A DNA stretch of 64,000 nucleotides, from NCBI RefSeq assembly GCF_004010195.1, contig NC_057750.1, positions 9,956,259 through 10,020,258 on the forward strand. Reading direction: 5' to 3'. Each line of letters begins with the position of its first letter. The stretch's first letter is position 1. Below are positions 12,660 through 25,072 of the stretch, one piece after another. A program made the translations under genes and the position numbers. The notes beneath the pieces were generated by a model. That model made no database searches and was not told the DNA's origin. It saw nothing but the letters and a program-made list of their open reading frames with translations. The stretch is from Chiloscyllium plagiosum. Lineage: Eukaryota.

Positions 12660-14660
12660 AAATGTGCAACAAAATTACAGACTAGTCAAGCAACAGTCTG
12701 ACATAGTCATACTCATGGAATCCTACCTTTCAGGTAATGTCCTGGACATCACTACACCATCACTGGTTATGTCTTGTCTCACTGGTAGGACAGACCCAGC
12801 AGAGGTGGAAGCACTGTGGTGTACAGTCAGGAGGGAATTGCCCTGGGAGCCCTCAACATTGACTCCGGACCCCACGAAGTCTCATGGCTTCCGGTTAGAC
12901 ATGGATAAGGAAACCTCCTGCTGATTACCACGTACCATCTTTTCTCGACTGATGATTCAGTACTCCTCCATGTTGAACAACACGTGAAGGAAGCCCTGAT
13001 GGTGGCCAGGCTGAAATATGTACCCTGGGTGGGAGATTTCAATGTCCACCACCAAGATTGGCTCGGCAGCAGCACAACTGACTGAGCTGGTTGAGTCCGA
13101 CATAGCTGCTAGATTGGGTCTGTGGTTAGTGGTGAGGGAACCAACAAGAGGAAAAAGCATACTTGACCTCATCCTTGCCAATCTGAAGATGCATCTGTCC
13201 ATGATATTATTGGTAAGAGTGACCACTTTGTAGAGACCAAGTCCTGCCTTCACATTGAGAATACTTGTGTTGTGTGATACTATCACTGTGCTAAATGGGA
13301 CAAACTTCAAGTAGATCTAAACAAATCAAAACTAGACATCCATTACGCACTATGAGCCATCAACAGCAGCTACTCCAGCACAATCTGCAACCCAATGGCC
13401 CAGCATATCCCCCATATTACTAATGAAGGGTTTATGCTTGAAACATCGATTCTCCTGCTCCTCGGATGCTGCCTGACCGGCCCGTGCTTTTCCAGCACCA
13501 CACTCTTCGACTCTGATCTCCAGCGTCTGCAGTCCTCACTTTCTCCCATATCACCCACTCAAGCCAGGGAATCAAGCCCAGTTCAATGGAGTGCAAGAAG
13601 GCGTGCCAGGAGCAGCAGCAGGCATGCCTAAAAATGAGGTGATACCCTGATGCAGCTGCCAAAGAAAGCTACTTGCTTGCCAACAGAATAAGCAGCAAAT
13701 GACAGCAAAGCTAAGCAATCCCACAACCAACAGATCATTATCTAAGCTCTGCAGTCCTGCCACATCCAGTCATGAATGTTGGTGGACAATTAAACAACTC
13801 ACATCTATTCCCAGCCTCAAGGATGGAAGAACTTAGCAGATCAGTACAGAAGATATGGCAGATCCATCTCAGCCTTTTCCAGTTATCCCCAGCATCACAG
13901 ATACCAGTGTTTATCCAATTTGATTCACTCGCTTTGATGTCACAAAATGGTTGGAGGCACAGGATACTGCAAAGTCTATGAGCATGGACAACATTGCGGC
14001 AGTGTTACTGAAGACTCGTATTCCAGAACTTGTGCTCCCATAGCCAAGCTCTTCCAGTACAGTCACAACCCTGGCATCTACCCAACAATATGGAAAATTG
14101 CTCAAGTATGCTCTCTACACAAAAGCATAACAAATCCAACCTGGCACAATCAGGGGTGTGACGGAATACTCTCCTCTTCTCTGGGTTGATGCAGCTCCAC
14201 CAACATTGAAGAAGCTTGACACCATTTAGGATAAAGCCGCCCACTTGATTGGCACATCCACAAATATCCACATTCTCCACCACTGATGCTTAATAGCAGC
14301 AGTGTGTGCTATGTACAAGATGCACCTGTAGCAATTCACCAAACAACGTCCAACCCTACAACCACTTCCATCTAGAAAGACAAGGGCAGCAGATACATGG
14401 GAACATCATCCCCTGCAAGTTCCCCTCCAAGCCTCTCACCATCCTGACTTGGAAATATATCGCTGTTCCTTCACTATCTCTGCATCAAAATCCTGGAATT
14501 CCATCCTGAAGGGCATCATGGGTCAACCTACAGCACGTGAACTGCAGTTGTTCAAGAAGGCAGCTCACCACCACCTTCTCAAGAGGAGCTAGAGATGGAA
14601 TGAATGCTGACCAGCCAGTGATGCCCTACATCCCACAGAGAATTAAAATAAAAACAAAAT
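12660..14660 (+). mobile_element. Degenerate APE/RT LINE (clade uncertain, possibly RTEX-like) inserted in older CR1-like remnants
   Basis: Peptides GDFNVHH and VVREPTRGKSILDLIL (APE domain), WKIAQV; A-rich 3' end at ~14645-14685. Confidence 0.6.
13421..13544 (+). mobile_element. Penelope-like family A short copy nested in a LINE
   Basis: Degenerate hammerhead at start; TSD cccatattac (13411-13420) / cccatatcac (13545-13554). Confidence 0.75.
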
Positions 14661-15294
14661 TACATTTGTTCAAAAAAACAAAAACTCAACAAGAAAGATT
14701 GGCTTACTCAGGAACTTTAGGACAGTACCAGATTAAAAGAAAAGGTTTATCAAGTTGCAAAGAATAATAAAAAGTCTGAGGATTGAGAATGTTTTTGAGG
14801 TCAGAAAGGTGTCACCAAAAAGTTGATAAGAGATAAAAGAAGAGGTGACCAGGTAAACTGACCAGAAATATAAAAGCAGATTGAAAGAGCTTTCTCAAGT
14901 GTACAAAAGGAGGAGAGTAGCTAAATTATGTATTAGTCCTTGAAAGGCAAAGACAGACATTGGGCAATGACAGTGGCAATGAGCATATATTTTGTATCTT
15001 TCTCCATCCATTTGTAATCTGGTTGGGCTATGATTTCCTCTCACACTTACCTGCTTACCCACTCAGTATGAACGCTCGTGCAAGTAATCATCACTTCAGT
15101 AAATGGACTTAAGGGCAGCCTTAGCTGGCAGCAGCACCATTGCGAAAATTCAAGAGGAGAAAGGTGTAAGCAATATTAGCAAATGGGAGGAAAATATAAT
15201 TTTAAATGTTTGAGATGGTTGAGCTCAAGGTAGGGAGTAACACTGAACCAACTGAGTGCAGTGTCCTTTCTGTTCTCTGTTATTTCTCTATTAG

Positions 15295-15535
15295 TTATGA
15301 TCACCTGTCACAGGTGTTAACCAGGATGTTGGATGAGAGACCTGACAATGCTGTGGACATCATTGAAGACATCAGCAAGAAGGTGAAACGGTCTCAGTTC
15401 TCCAAGAAAATGGATACTCTTCGTGACGAGTATGAGAATTCAATGGCGTACGGTCTGGCTGAGGTTCAGAAATCTCTCTTTGTGAAGACAGTCGAGACAG
15501 AAGAAGGGGCGGCAGCAGATCACGAGGAGGAAGTG
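15295..15535 (+). CDS. RSPH4A: Radial spoke head protein 4/6 family, coding exon (equivalent to exon 2)
   Basis: YDHLSQVLTRMLDERPDNAVDIIEDIS... matches RSPH4A/6A; ttag acceptor (phase 2), gtaaat donor (phase 0). Confidence 0.92.
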
Positions 15536-15994
15536 GTAAATACTGATATCAGCAGTTTAGTACTCCACTGTCACAGAATAGAAGTGCACAGAGCTGAGTA
15601 GGTAGCACAACGTGTTGGATGCTCAAGCATTGTTGTCTGTTCTATATGCTTTTCAGATCATGTCTCCAGTCTTGATGTGTGTTTAGGCTCAATGTTAGCA
15701 CTTCCACATTATGGTTCAGACAGGTATGGCTTACTGCTCTCTCCACAATCTAGGCCGACATTTTTATGTTATTATTGTGTTTCCAATCACATTCATTTGT
15801 GGCTCAGTCTGCCTCCTGAGGTGAATAAACAAGATCCCACAGTACTATTTTGAAGAAGAGCAGGTGAGTTCCTCTCAGGACCCAGCCTATATTCATCCTT
15901 CAACCAACGTTGTTAAAACAGATAGAGGAAAAAAAATACTTGATTTTGTGGCACCTTTCATAACCTCAGGACCTCCAAAAGCAATTTCCAATCT

Positions 15995-16543
15995 GTTATG
16001 ATCCTGGCTGATGGCAATATTGGACAAATCATCTCCCAGGCTGAAATCTAGTTTGCTAGTTTGTTTGTTTTCAGTATTTTTGTTTTCAGTTGCTTAATGT
16101 GTGTTTTCTTTATTCAACATATTCATATGAAGCTGTCAGTGTTCTTTAACAAAAGAACACAAGTTTAGTACATAAATGAACAGCCAAACAAATTTATAGA
16201 GATATATCCTCTGCATGACAGGTTAGATATACCTTATCATAAACAGCAAAACAAACTTTCAACCTTTTTCTCAACGGTATCCTTTACAGATACTCAATCC
16301 CAGCAAAGCATCATTCCTATCTCAACTCATTCATTTCTTGTTTTGCAGACAGTTTTTCAGTTCTGATGCCCTCATCCTCTTTTCAGTCTGCTCCTCAGCC
16401 TAAAAACACTGATACAGCTTTGAAACTTCACAAACTAAAATCTTTCTGCTTGGGTGCTTCTGATTCTGAAATGAATTTTAAAACCTAGTTGTGGCTATGA
16501 TGTTTTTTACATATGATTAAAAGTTTCAAAACTCTCATAAACA
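15995..16543. mobile_element. Possible solo LTR
   Basis: Starts tgttatga, ends tcataaaca; no clean TSD. Confidence 0.3.
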
Positions 16544-16743
16544 TTTCATCAGCTAGCAATATAGTCCTGCTAGGCACTTCTCACTTTGCTGTTTGTGGGT
16601 GCAGACATTAGCCTCTTATGTGACATTTGTGACAACATTCTGAAGTATTCTACTTGTTGTAAACTTGGGGTTTCTGGATATTGTGAAAGGTGACTTACTT
16701 CCTTCCATTCTCTTTCTCTGTCTCTCTTTCTTTCTCTGTCTTT

Positions 16744-17255
16744 CACAGAGTCACAGAGATGTACAGCACAGAAACAGACCCTTTGGTCCAACCCGTCCAT
16801 GCCAACCAAATATCCCAACCCAATCTAGTCCCACCTGCCAGCACCTGGCCCATATCCTCCAAACCCTTCCTATTCATATATCCATCCAGATGCCTTTTAA
16901 ATGTTATAATTGTACCAGCCTCCACCACTGCCTCTGGCAGCTCAGTCCATACACATACCATTCTTTGCGTGAAAGATTTGCCCCTCAGGTCTCGTTTATA
17001 TCTTTCCCCTCTCAACCTAAACCTATACCCTCTAGTTCTGGACTCCCTCACCCCACCGAAAAGACCTTGTCTATTTACCCTATCCATGCCTCTCATGATT
17101 TTATAAACCTCTATAAGGTCACCCCTCAGCCTCCGATGCTCCAGGGAAAACAGCCCCAGCCTATTCAACCTCTCCCTATAGCTCAACTCCTCCAACCCTG
17201 GCAACATACTTGTAAATCTTTTCTGAACCCTTTCTAGTTACACAACATCTTTCTG
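16744..17255 (-). mobile_element. CR1/HER1 LINE 3' fragment
   Basis: LSYRERLNRLGLFSLEHRRLRGDLIEVYKIMRG; (tgactctg)n tail. Confidence 0.9.
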
Positions 17256-17373
17256 AACATTTCCTCTTTTTCGCTGTCTCTTTCTCACTCTCTTTCTTTT
17301 TCTTTCTCCCTCTCTCTCTCTCTCTGTGACTTCAGCACCATTCCCTTTAACATCCTTCTCTTCTCTCTGGCAG

Positions 17374-18132
17374 ACGGATACACCCCTACCCAATATCATG
17401 GAAATGGCCTATTACTTTGAGCAGGCGGGAATTGGCCTCAGCAGCGATGAGATGTACCGCATCTTTCTGGCACTGAAGCAACTGGTGGAAGCCCATCCAC
17501 TGCAGAAGTGCCGGTTCTGGGGGAAGATCTTAGGAATCAATGGGAATTATATTATAGCTGAGGTGGATTTCCGTGAGGGGGAGGAGGATGCAGAGGAGTT
17601 GGGAGAAGAGGAGGACGCAGAGGGAAAGGAAGATGATAAAGAGGACTTTGATCGAACTGAGGAGGAAGAAACAGAAGAACCTGAAGACAAGCCTCCAGAG
17701 TCAACATATAAACCCCCACCAGTCATCCCAAAAGAAGAAAATCGCTCCGGCACCAACAGGTACACTTACTTTGTTTGCAGTGAACCAGCCAAGCCATGGG
17801 TAAAGCTGCCCCCTGTTACACCAGCACAGATCACAGTAGCCAGGAAGATCAAGAAATTCTTCACCGGCAACTTGGATGCGCCCGTCATCAGTTATCCACC
17901 GTTTCCTGGTAACGAGATGAGTTACCTGAGGGCGCAGATTGCTCGGATATCTGCTGGCTCTCAGATCAGCCCACTGGGATTCTATCAGTTTGGAGATGAA
18001 GAGGAGGAGGAGGAGGAAGGGTCAGTGAGGGATAATTACGAGGAGAATCCAGAATTTGAGGGAATTGCTACAGCAGAGCTGTTGGACACCATGGCCAACT
18101 GGGTCCATCACACACAACACATCCTCCCACAG
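17374..18132 (+). CDS. RSPH4A: Radial spoke head protein 4/6 family, exon 3
   Basis: [18 protein letters not shown]...CRFWGKILG...[10 protein letters not shown]...[12 protein letters not shown]...[12 protein letters not shown]; cag acceptor, gtaagc donor. Confidence 0.97.
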
Positions 18133-18436
18133 GTAAGCCTGCCTTTTACACCTCCACGTTTCAGTTTCTTCTCTTCCTAATCTTCATCCCTCACTCGCAA
18201 GATTCTCTCAGGGTCCCTAGGTGAGAAGGCGGTGGTGATGATGAGCTTTTCTGAGTCAGTGATAAACTCTCAAAAACTGGGAGCCAACAGTGACTGGGAC
18301 TTTATGAGCAGAGAGCTGAAATCTGGCACGTTAAGTGATGATAAAAGAGATTGTGGACCTGCATTTGCTGGGAATTCACGTGAATGGGGAGACACCTGTT
18401 ATTAGCATTTAGAAATTCCACCAAATAAAGGGGGTG

Positions 18437-18610
18437 CAGAGGAACCTCAATTATCCTAAGGACACGGACGGGGAGTATTTCATTCGGTTAATCGAATTCC
18501 GGATAATTGAATGCCGGGTAACATAGTTTAGCCCAGCATCGGGAGCATGTGATCTTGCCGGATAATCCAATATTCGGATAATCAAATGCCTGATAATCAA
18601 GGTTCCTCTG
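18437..18610. mobile_element. Tc1/mariner (pogo/Tigger-like) MITE
   Basis: TIRs cagaggaacctcaattatc...gataatcaaggttcctctg; TA on the right, TG on the left. Confidence 0.75.
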
Positions 18611-19251
18611 TATTTAAATGTTAATGTTGTACCTTTGTTTGCTGGGACACTCAGCTGTTCTGCAAATATACTTGGTGAAGTTGTACTCGTCACTTAGTTT
18701 ATCAGTTCAGTGACCGGTGATTATCAGTTTGCTAGATTGGTGCCATTAATTAGTATTGACCACATCACAGGCCCTTAAGACAGGAATATAACAGAGTAGA
18801 TGACCTGCTCTCAGCCCGGGAGGCCATCTTGAAGGGTGATTTAGAGACTCATAATTCTGTAGTTTGGGAATTGTTGCGCCAAAGAATATTTTGGCTGCTC
18901 TCCTGATTACCTAATTGAGACCACTTGCAATATCACTGCCCTTCTCTACTTCCAATATTTCTGGTTTCTTCAGCAGAGTGGCTCTTCACTGACAGGGCTA
19001 ACCCATTGAATGCTTCACTGATAACACTAGTCTGCATTGTCTCACGATTCCCTAGTTCTGTAGGCTCCTTCAACCTCCAAGATTTCTGTGCTTCTCCAAT
19101 TCTGGCCTCTTGCCTATCCCTTGGTGGTCACACTTGCAGCTCCCTTGACCCAAAGCCCTGGAATTCTTCTTTCTTTATTCCTTCCTGGGATGTTCCCTAT
19201 CTCTCCTGTCCCTTGAACAGAGTGTCTTGCTCAACCATTTCAGACAGCAGT

Positions 19252-19408
19252 TGAGAGTCATAGTCATAGAGATGTTCAGCATGGAAACAGACCCTTCGGT
19301 CCAACCTGTCCATGCCGACCAGATATCCCAACCCAATCTAGTCCCACCTGCCAGCACCCAGCCCATATCCCTCCAAACCCTTCCTATTCATATACCCATC
19401 CAAATGCC
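19252..19408 (-). mobile_element. CR1/HER1 extreme 3' end
   Basis: Reverse complement of gggttggaccgaagggtctgtttccatgctg...atgact tail. Confidence 0.85.
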
Positions 19409-19496
19409 AATCACATTGCTTTGGATCTGGAGTCACATGTATGCCAGATGGTGTAACAATACCAGATTTCCTTATCTGAAGGAAATTGGTGAATCA

Positions 19497-19826
19497 TAGA
19501 ATCCCTACAGTGTGTAAGCAGGCCATTCAGTCTATCAGTCCACACCGACCCTTTGAAGAGGATACCACCCCGTCCCATCCCCATCCCCATTGTGACGCTG
19601 CATTTCCCATGGCCAATCCATTTAACCTGCACGCCCCTGGTCACTATGGGCAATCCACCTAACCTGCACATCTTTGGACTGTAGGAGGAAACCAGAGCAC
19701 CCGGTAGAAACCCATGCAGATACAGGGAGAATGTGCAAACTCAGACAGTCACATGAAGCTTGAATGGAACCCAGGTCCCTGGCGTTGTGAGGCATCAGTG
19801 CTAACCACTGAGCCACCATGCTGCCC
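19497..19826 (-). mobile_element. HE1-type V-SINE
   Basis: Full head, body and tail on the minus strand. Confidence 0.88.
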
Positions 19827-19969
19827 ACCTACTGTTGATTAAACAGGCCCATGAAGCAGCTAATCCACAGCACCAACGAAACACATGGGTTTTTACCACA
19901 ATCAATGATTATTTCATGGTCACTACAACTGAGACTAGCTTTATAATCCAGATTTATTAACTGAAATCG

Positions 19970-21375
19970 GGATAGAATAAATCATTACATGGAAAGATGT
20001 GGATTTATTTGGAAGAGTTAGCAGTAGATTTATTAAGGGAAATTCATGTCTAATTAACCTTCTGGAGTTTTTTGAAGAAGTGACAGGAAGGGTTGATGAG
20101 GACAATGCTGTTGACATGGTGTATACAGGCTTCCAAAAGATGGTTGATATAGGGCCACACAACTGATTTCTGAGGAAAGTGATTGATCAAGGGAATGAAA
20201 TGGTCAGTACCAATGTGTATAAAATTAGCTGAGTGTTAGGAAGTGGAGAATCATGTTAAGAAGCATTTCTTGGGCTGGAGGAAGGTTTTTAGTAGAGGTT
20301 GCCAAGTGTTGGTATTTTGTGTGTTTGTGTGTGTGTGTGTGAGAAAGAGAGAGAGCGTGTGTGTGAGAGAGAGTGTATGTGTGTGCGTGCGCATGTGTAC
20401 GTGTGTGTGTCTATGTGCGTGTGTGTATGTGTGTGAGTGTATGTGTGTGAGTGTATGTGTGTGTGCGTGTCTGTGTGTGTGCGTGTATGTGTGTCTGTGT
20501 GTGTGAGTGTGTTCACACTTTGCAGATGATGCAAAATTGTAAACTCTGAGGAGGACTGTGTAGACATTCAAGAAATTGGTTGAGTGGGCAGAGAAATGGC
20601 AGATGAAGTTCAGTGCAGAGGTACAGTAATACACTTAGGTGCAAGCACATGGAGAGACAGCTAAAATAAAGGGTATTATTCTATAGGGCATGCAGGAACA
20701 GAGATACTTGGGTGTGTACATGCTTAAATCTTTAAAGATGCCAGAACAGGTAGGTAGAGCACTTCATAAAGCGTACAGTATTCCAGACTTCACTAATAAG
20801 GGGCTTAAACTACAAGAAACGAGAGGTGCTCGACTTATAACGGACCCTGGATAGACTTCAGTTAGAACATTATGTGCAGATCTGAGTACCACACTCTAGG
20901 AAGGAATGCATTGGAGAGAGAGCAGAGGAGATTTATAAGAATGGGTTCCAGGGATGAGAGAGTCCAATTATGAGTGCAGATGTTTGGAGAAGTTGGGACT
21001 GTTTTCCTTGGAGAGAAGACTAAGAGGCAAATTGATAGAATTTTTCTAAATTGCGTGGAGTCTGGAGAGTGTTCCCAGTTATAAAAGGGTCAAGACCCAA
21101 AGGGTATAATTTTAAAGTATTTTTTTCAAAAGGAGCAAATGCGAGGTGAAAAAAAATCTTCTCAAGTGGTCTGGGATTGGATTACACTGATTAGAAATGT
21201 GGTAGAGGCAGGTTCAATCGAGGCATTGAAGAGGACATTAGATGTTTATTTAAATAGAAAGAATATAAAGGAATACAGGGGAAGGCAGGAGTTTGGCACA
21301 AAGTCAAAATGCTTGGAGTATCAGTACAGACACAATGGGCCAAATGGCCATCTTTCATCTGCACCAACGATTCTG
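19970..21375 (+). mobile_element. Old CR1 LINE ORF2 remnant interrupted by a (GT)n microsatellite at 20318-20512
   Basis: Peptides SCLINLLEFFEEVT, FADDAK, EWAEKWQMKF. Confidence 0.75.
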
Positions 21376-21679
21376 TGATGTCTGGTGGGATTTGAGGCCA
21401 TGTTCCCTGACTGTTGGCATGGTAACGATCGGTGGTACCAGTGACATCACCATGAATCCTAAGTCTTTCTGTCTCTGTGCTCCTTTAAGATGCTTCTTAA
21501 AACCCATTTCAGACAGGATTTTCATCTGCTGCACTTGTTCACGTGCCTCGGAATGCAATCTTGTCTTGTGTTTACAGTGAGCCTTTTGAGAAGATTGTGT
21601 TGAGTCGATTAAATTAAAGAATGCTGAACCCTGTTCGAGAGGTCCGGCTTCTTAACTAAAATTGCTTTCTCTGTCACAG

Positions 21680-21821
21680 GGCCGTTGTGTTTGGTTTAAT
21701 CCTGTTCAGAAAAAGGAGGAGGATTTTGAGGAAGAAGAAGAGGAAGAAGAGAGAGAGGCACCAGACGAGCCAGAACCAGAGGTGGGACCACCGCTCCTCA
21801 CTCCACTCTCTGAGGATGCAG
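21680..21821 (+). CDS. RSPH4A: Radial spoke head protein 4/6 family, exon 4
   Basis: [11 protein letters not shown]...[14 protein letters not shown]; cag acceptor, gtaaca donor (phase 1). Confidence 0.95.
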
Positions 21822-22307
21822 GTAACACAATATCATCAGAATAAGGCCCTCTACACCAGGTGGCATGGACAGGGTTTTACTTTATTTGCCCTGTCATGTC
21901 ACCTTTTACCTTTAGTCGTGAAACTTCCTTCCTCTCTCCTCAAGGGTTCGACTGCTGAAAACTTCTGAGAGCAGAAGAAGACCGTAGGCCAGGCAAACCA
22001 ATCCGTTTTTCACTAATACAGTCCCCACATACCTCCTCCCAATTATCCCTTAATCCTACTTGATCTATGTATCCCTCTACCTATCCATTTTTTCCCCATA
22101 TTCCTCAATTTGAGTTGCCCACCTTCTTCTCATGTCCTTCAATTCCAATTACCCACTGTGTCTCCCCAAATTCCCCGAACTTCACCCATTCACCTGCTCT
22201 CTGTATCCCTCAATCCTAACCATCCACTCACTTTCCATATCGCTAGCTTCATCTTGTCCCATAATTCTCGATCATAACGATCCACATTCTCTCCATATCC
22301 ACTAATC

Positions 22308-22482
22308 ATTTTATTGTTTATTGTCTATGTACAGTGGTGCTTTAGATCCTTGATACTGGGTACAGTATCGGACAAATCCTATGTCCAATAGCTATAGCGG
22401 GCAGGTTACTGGTGAACTTTGCATGCACCATGCCACTGTTTCTATGAACATGGGTCACTTTACCCCAAATAACTTGAGTCTT
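22308..22482 (-). pseudogene. RPL35A: 5'-truncated processed pseudogene of ribosomal protein L35a
   Basis: [46 protein letters not shown] vs RPL35A C-terminus [45 protein letters not shown]; short 3' UTR with AATAAA. Confidence 0.9.
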
Positions 22483-22748
22483 TCCCACATCCCTCAATCG
22501 TAATTGTCCACTTTCTCCCCTCAATTTCTTGTATCCCTCAATTTCATCAATCCATTGTCTCACAGCATTTATCATTCCCAATGTTTTTGTAAAGCTACTG
22601 TTCCTATTTCTCACCATTTCTCATAGTCTCATGGATACAGCCCGAAGAAGTGGGAAAAGGAATGTACTCATTGTATTCCCTTCTGTGGTGATGGTGTCAG
22701 TAACTGAAGCATACCTCATGCCTCATTCCTGGTCTTTCATTGTTTCAG

Positions 22749-22866
22749 AGGTCAACAATATCCCTCCCTGGGCTGTCAAACCTTCATCCATCCTGATCCC
22801 CCAGTACGCCAGTGCTTTGGTCCGATCCAACCTGTGGCCAGGGGCCTACACCTTTGCGATCGGAAA
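22749..22866 (+). CDS. RSPH4A: Radial spoke head protein 4/6 family, exon 5
   Basis: (E)[38 protein letters not shown](K); cag acceptor, gtgagt donor (phase 2). Confidence 0.95.
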
Positions 22867-23395
22867 GTGAGTATCCATTATTTTGGGTGCAGCAGGAATG
22901 TGGGACGGGTTTGTTGGCTTTGGGCATGTTGGCCAACAACTCAGTATTTATCTTCTTCCTTTCATCAGGGGCACATTGGGATTTTTAGGTCTAGTGCTTT
23001 GTTCTTGAGAGAAGTAACTGCTCTTTCCGTTGGGACAGTTGCAGATGGGAACCTTAGCATTTGGAGGGTGGGGGTGCTGCGGTGTGCCCTCAAACTTCCG
23101 AAAGGCAACAGGATGACAGTCAAACTCAGGGGCAACCTTCGAAGTTTGAGGTTTCAGGAGCTCTGCTCTAATTAGCAAATTAACACTTTATTGAAAAAGA
23201 TGTATTCTTTAATAAGAAATGAAGGGGGCCACTGACAATGCCAACATTTGTCACCCTTAAATCAAGGGCTTGCTAGGCTGTTTCAAAGGCAGCCATTTTG
23301 TTTTGGCTCTGGAGTCACATGAAGGCCAGATCAGGAAAGGACAGCAGATTTCTGTCGCTAAAGCGTATCAGTGAACTAGACGGATGTATACAACA

Positions 23396-23485
23396 GATGG
23401 AAATGTGTTGCTGGAAAAGCGCAGCAGGTCAGGCAGCATCTAGGGAACAGGAGAATCGACGTTTCGGGCATTAGCCCTTCTTCAG
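23396..23485 (-). mobile_element. Penelope-like family A short copy; hammerhead core intact but helix I 5' strand missing
   Basis: Minus strand reads CUGAAGA-A-GGGC(uaau)GCCC-GAAAC-GUC; copy starts exactly at CUGA. Confidence 0.8.
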
Positions 23486-23546
23486 TTGTTGAAGGTAGTT
23501 GTCATGGTCACCAGTACTAAAGCCAGCTTTATATTCCTAGATATGA

Positions 23547-23860
23547 GCGGCACAGTGGCTCAGTGGTTAGCACTGCTACCTCACAGCAACCGGGTCCTGG
23601 GTTCGATTCCAACCTCGGGCATCTGTCTGTGTGGAGTTTGCACATTCTCCCCGTGTTTTTGTGGGTTTCCTCCGGGCGCTCCAGTTTCCTCCCACAGTCC
23701 AAAGATGTGCAGGTCAGGTGAATTGGCCATGCTAAATTGCCCCATAATGTTAGGTGCATTAGTCAGAGGGAAATGGGTCTGGGTGGGTTACTCTTCGGAG
23801 AGTTGGTGTGGACTGGTTGGGCTGAAGGGCCTATTTCCACACTGTAGGGAATCTAATCAA
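23547..23860 (+). mobile_element. HE1-type V-SINE
   Basis: Full-length head, V-domain and aatct tail. Confidence 0.9.
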
Positions 23861-24046
23861 ATATTCCAGCATCTGCAGTCATTGTTTTTACCTAATGGGA
23901 TTTCAATTCAGGTCCCCACAGCCTTAGCCTCCACATTTTCAATCCATTGACGCTACCGCTATACCACCACCTCGCTCCTCCACCTTCTCCAAACTGTCAC
24001 TTGACTAACTCGTATAACCCAATTGAATCGTTTCCCTGTTCGACAG

Positions 24047-24287
24047 GAAATTTGAGAATGTTTATTTTGGCTGGGGCCATAAGTACAGCCCGGAAAACTA
24101 CAGCCCTCCCTCAGCCCCACTGGTGCAAGCAGAGTATGCCAGCGGTCCCGATATCACCGAGGTAGACGACCCGACGGTGGAAGAGGAGCAGGCTCTGCGA
24201 GCCGCATTGGAGGAACGACTAGCAGCAGCAGAGGAGGCTGAGGAGGAGGAGGAGGAGGAAGAGGAGGAAGATGACGAGGACAACTAA
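24047..24287 (+). CDS. RSPH4A: Radial spoke head protein 4/6 family, last coding exon
   Basis: [21 protein letters not shown]...[25 protein letters not shown]...acidic tail, TAA at 24285-24287; the five exons total 1501 nt, +2 nt from the missing exon = 501 codons. Confidence 0.95.
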
Positions 24288-24430
24288 TTAAAGAAGGATT
24301 CCCCTATACAAATAACTTTGACACTTTCTTTTCTCTGTATTTTATATGAACCTTTTGATACTCGCTGCTCCCCTCATATTTCAAAGAACACTAAGTTTGT
24401 AAATGAATTTCTTATAACTGCATAGAGGAT

Positions 24431-24436
24431 AATAAA
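24431..24436 (+). terminator. Putative polyadenylation signal of the RSPH gene
   Basis: AATAAA about 145 nt after the stop, followed by a T-rich tract. Confidence 0.6.
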
Positions 24437-24801
24437 AGATTCTTTTTAAACTGCGTATGTCAAACCCAAGCGCTTATTGGTGGCACGTCATTGATCTGAA
24501 ACAGTAACTCTATTTCTCTGTCTGCAGACGTCACCTGGCACTGCAGCCTGTTTGCAGCTTGTTCTGTGTTTATGCCACATATCCAGCATCTGTGGTTTTA
24601 TGCTTTTGCTCAAAAGTTTCCATCATCTGCGCTCAAATCCCATGGGCAGACACCGGAGAAGCAGCAAGGTGTAAAGAAGAAGGTTGGAGAAAGAGTGGAG
24701 GGTGTGAGGGAGTGACATGCAAGGAACTAAGAGGGAGTGAAGTATAAAGGATGAAGTGAGGGGAGAGATGCAAGTTGTACAGAGAGCACTGCATGAAGGA
24801 C

Positions 24802-25011
24802 TGAAAACAGAACATGCTGGAGATCACAGCCGCTGAGGCAGTATACGCAGAGAGAAAGCAAGCTAACATTTTGAGTAGATCTGATGAAGAGTCATCTAGA
24901 CTCAAAATGTTAGCTTGCTTCCTCTCCATAGATGCTGTCTGATCTTGCTCTGATTTTCAGCATTTTCTGTTCTCAGTCCAGGTTCCAGCATCTACAGTAA
25001 TTTGCTCCTAT
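24802..25011. mobile_element. Penelope-like family C, inverted pair with decayed hammerhead
   Basis: ctgatgaagagtcatctagactcaaaatgtt at 24881; TSD actgcatgaaggac (24788-24801) / actgcatgaaagac (25012-25025). Confidence 0.7.
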
Positions 25012-25072
25012 ACTGCATGAAAGACATTAGGGAGAGCAGGGTTCATCACTAATTCTGCAGTCTCCCCACTTA

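Noticed and set aside
15206..15294. ORF start MFEMVELK as the RSPH N-terminus
   Set aside because: No family similarity; it reads through a polypyrimidine tract and acceptor, so it is intronic.
22483..22617. N-terminal part of the 91-aa ORF containing the RPL35A fragment
   Set aside because: No similarity to RPL35A; chance open flank in a degenerate C/T-rich repeat.
23547..23625. tRNA gene (and similar heads elsewhere)
   Set aside because: tRNA-derived SINE head with A/B boxes continuing into the V-SINE body; not a standalone tRNA.
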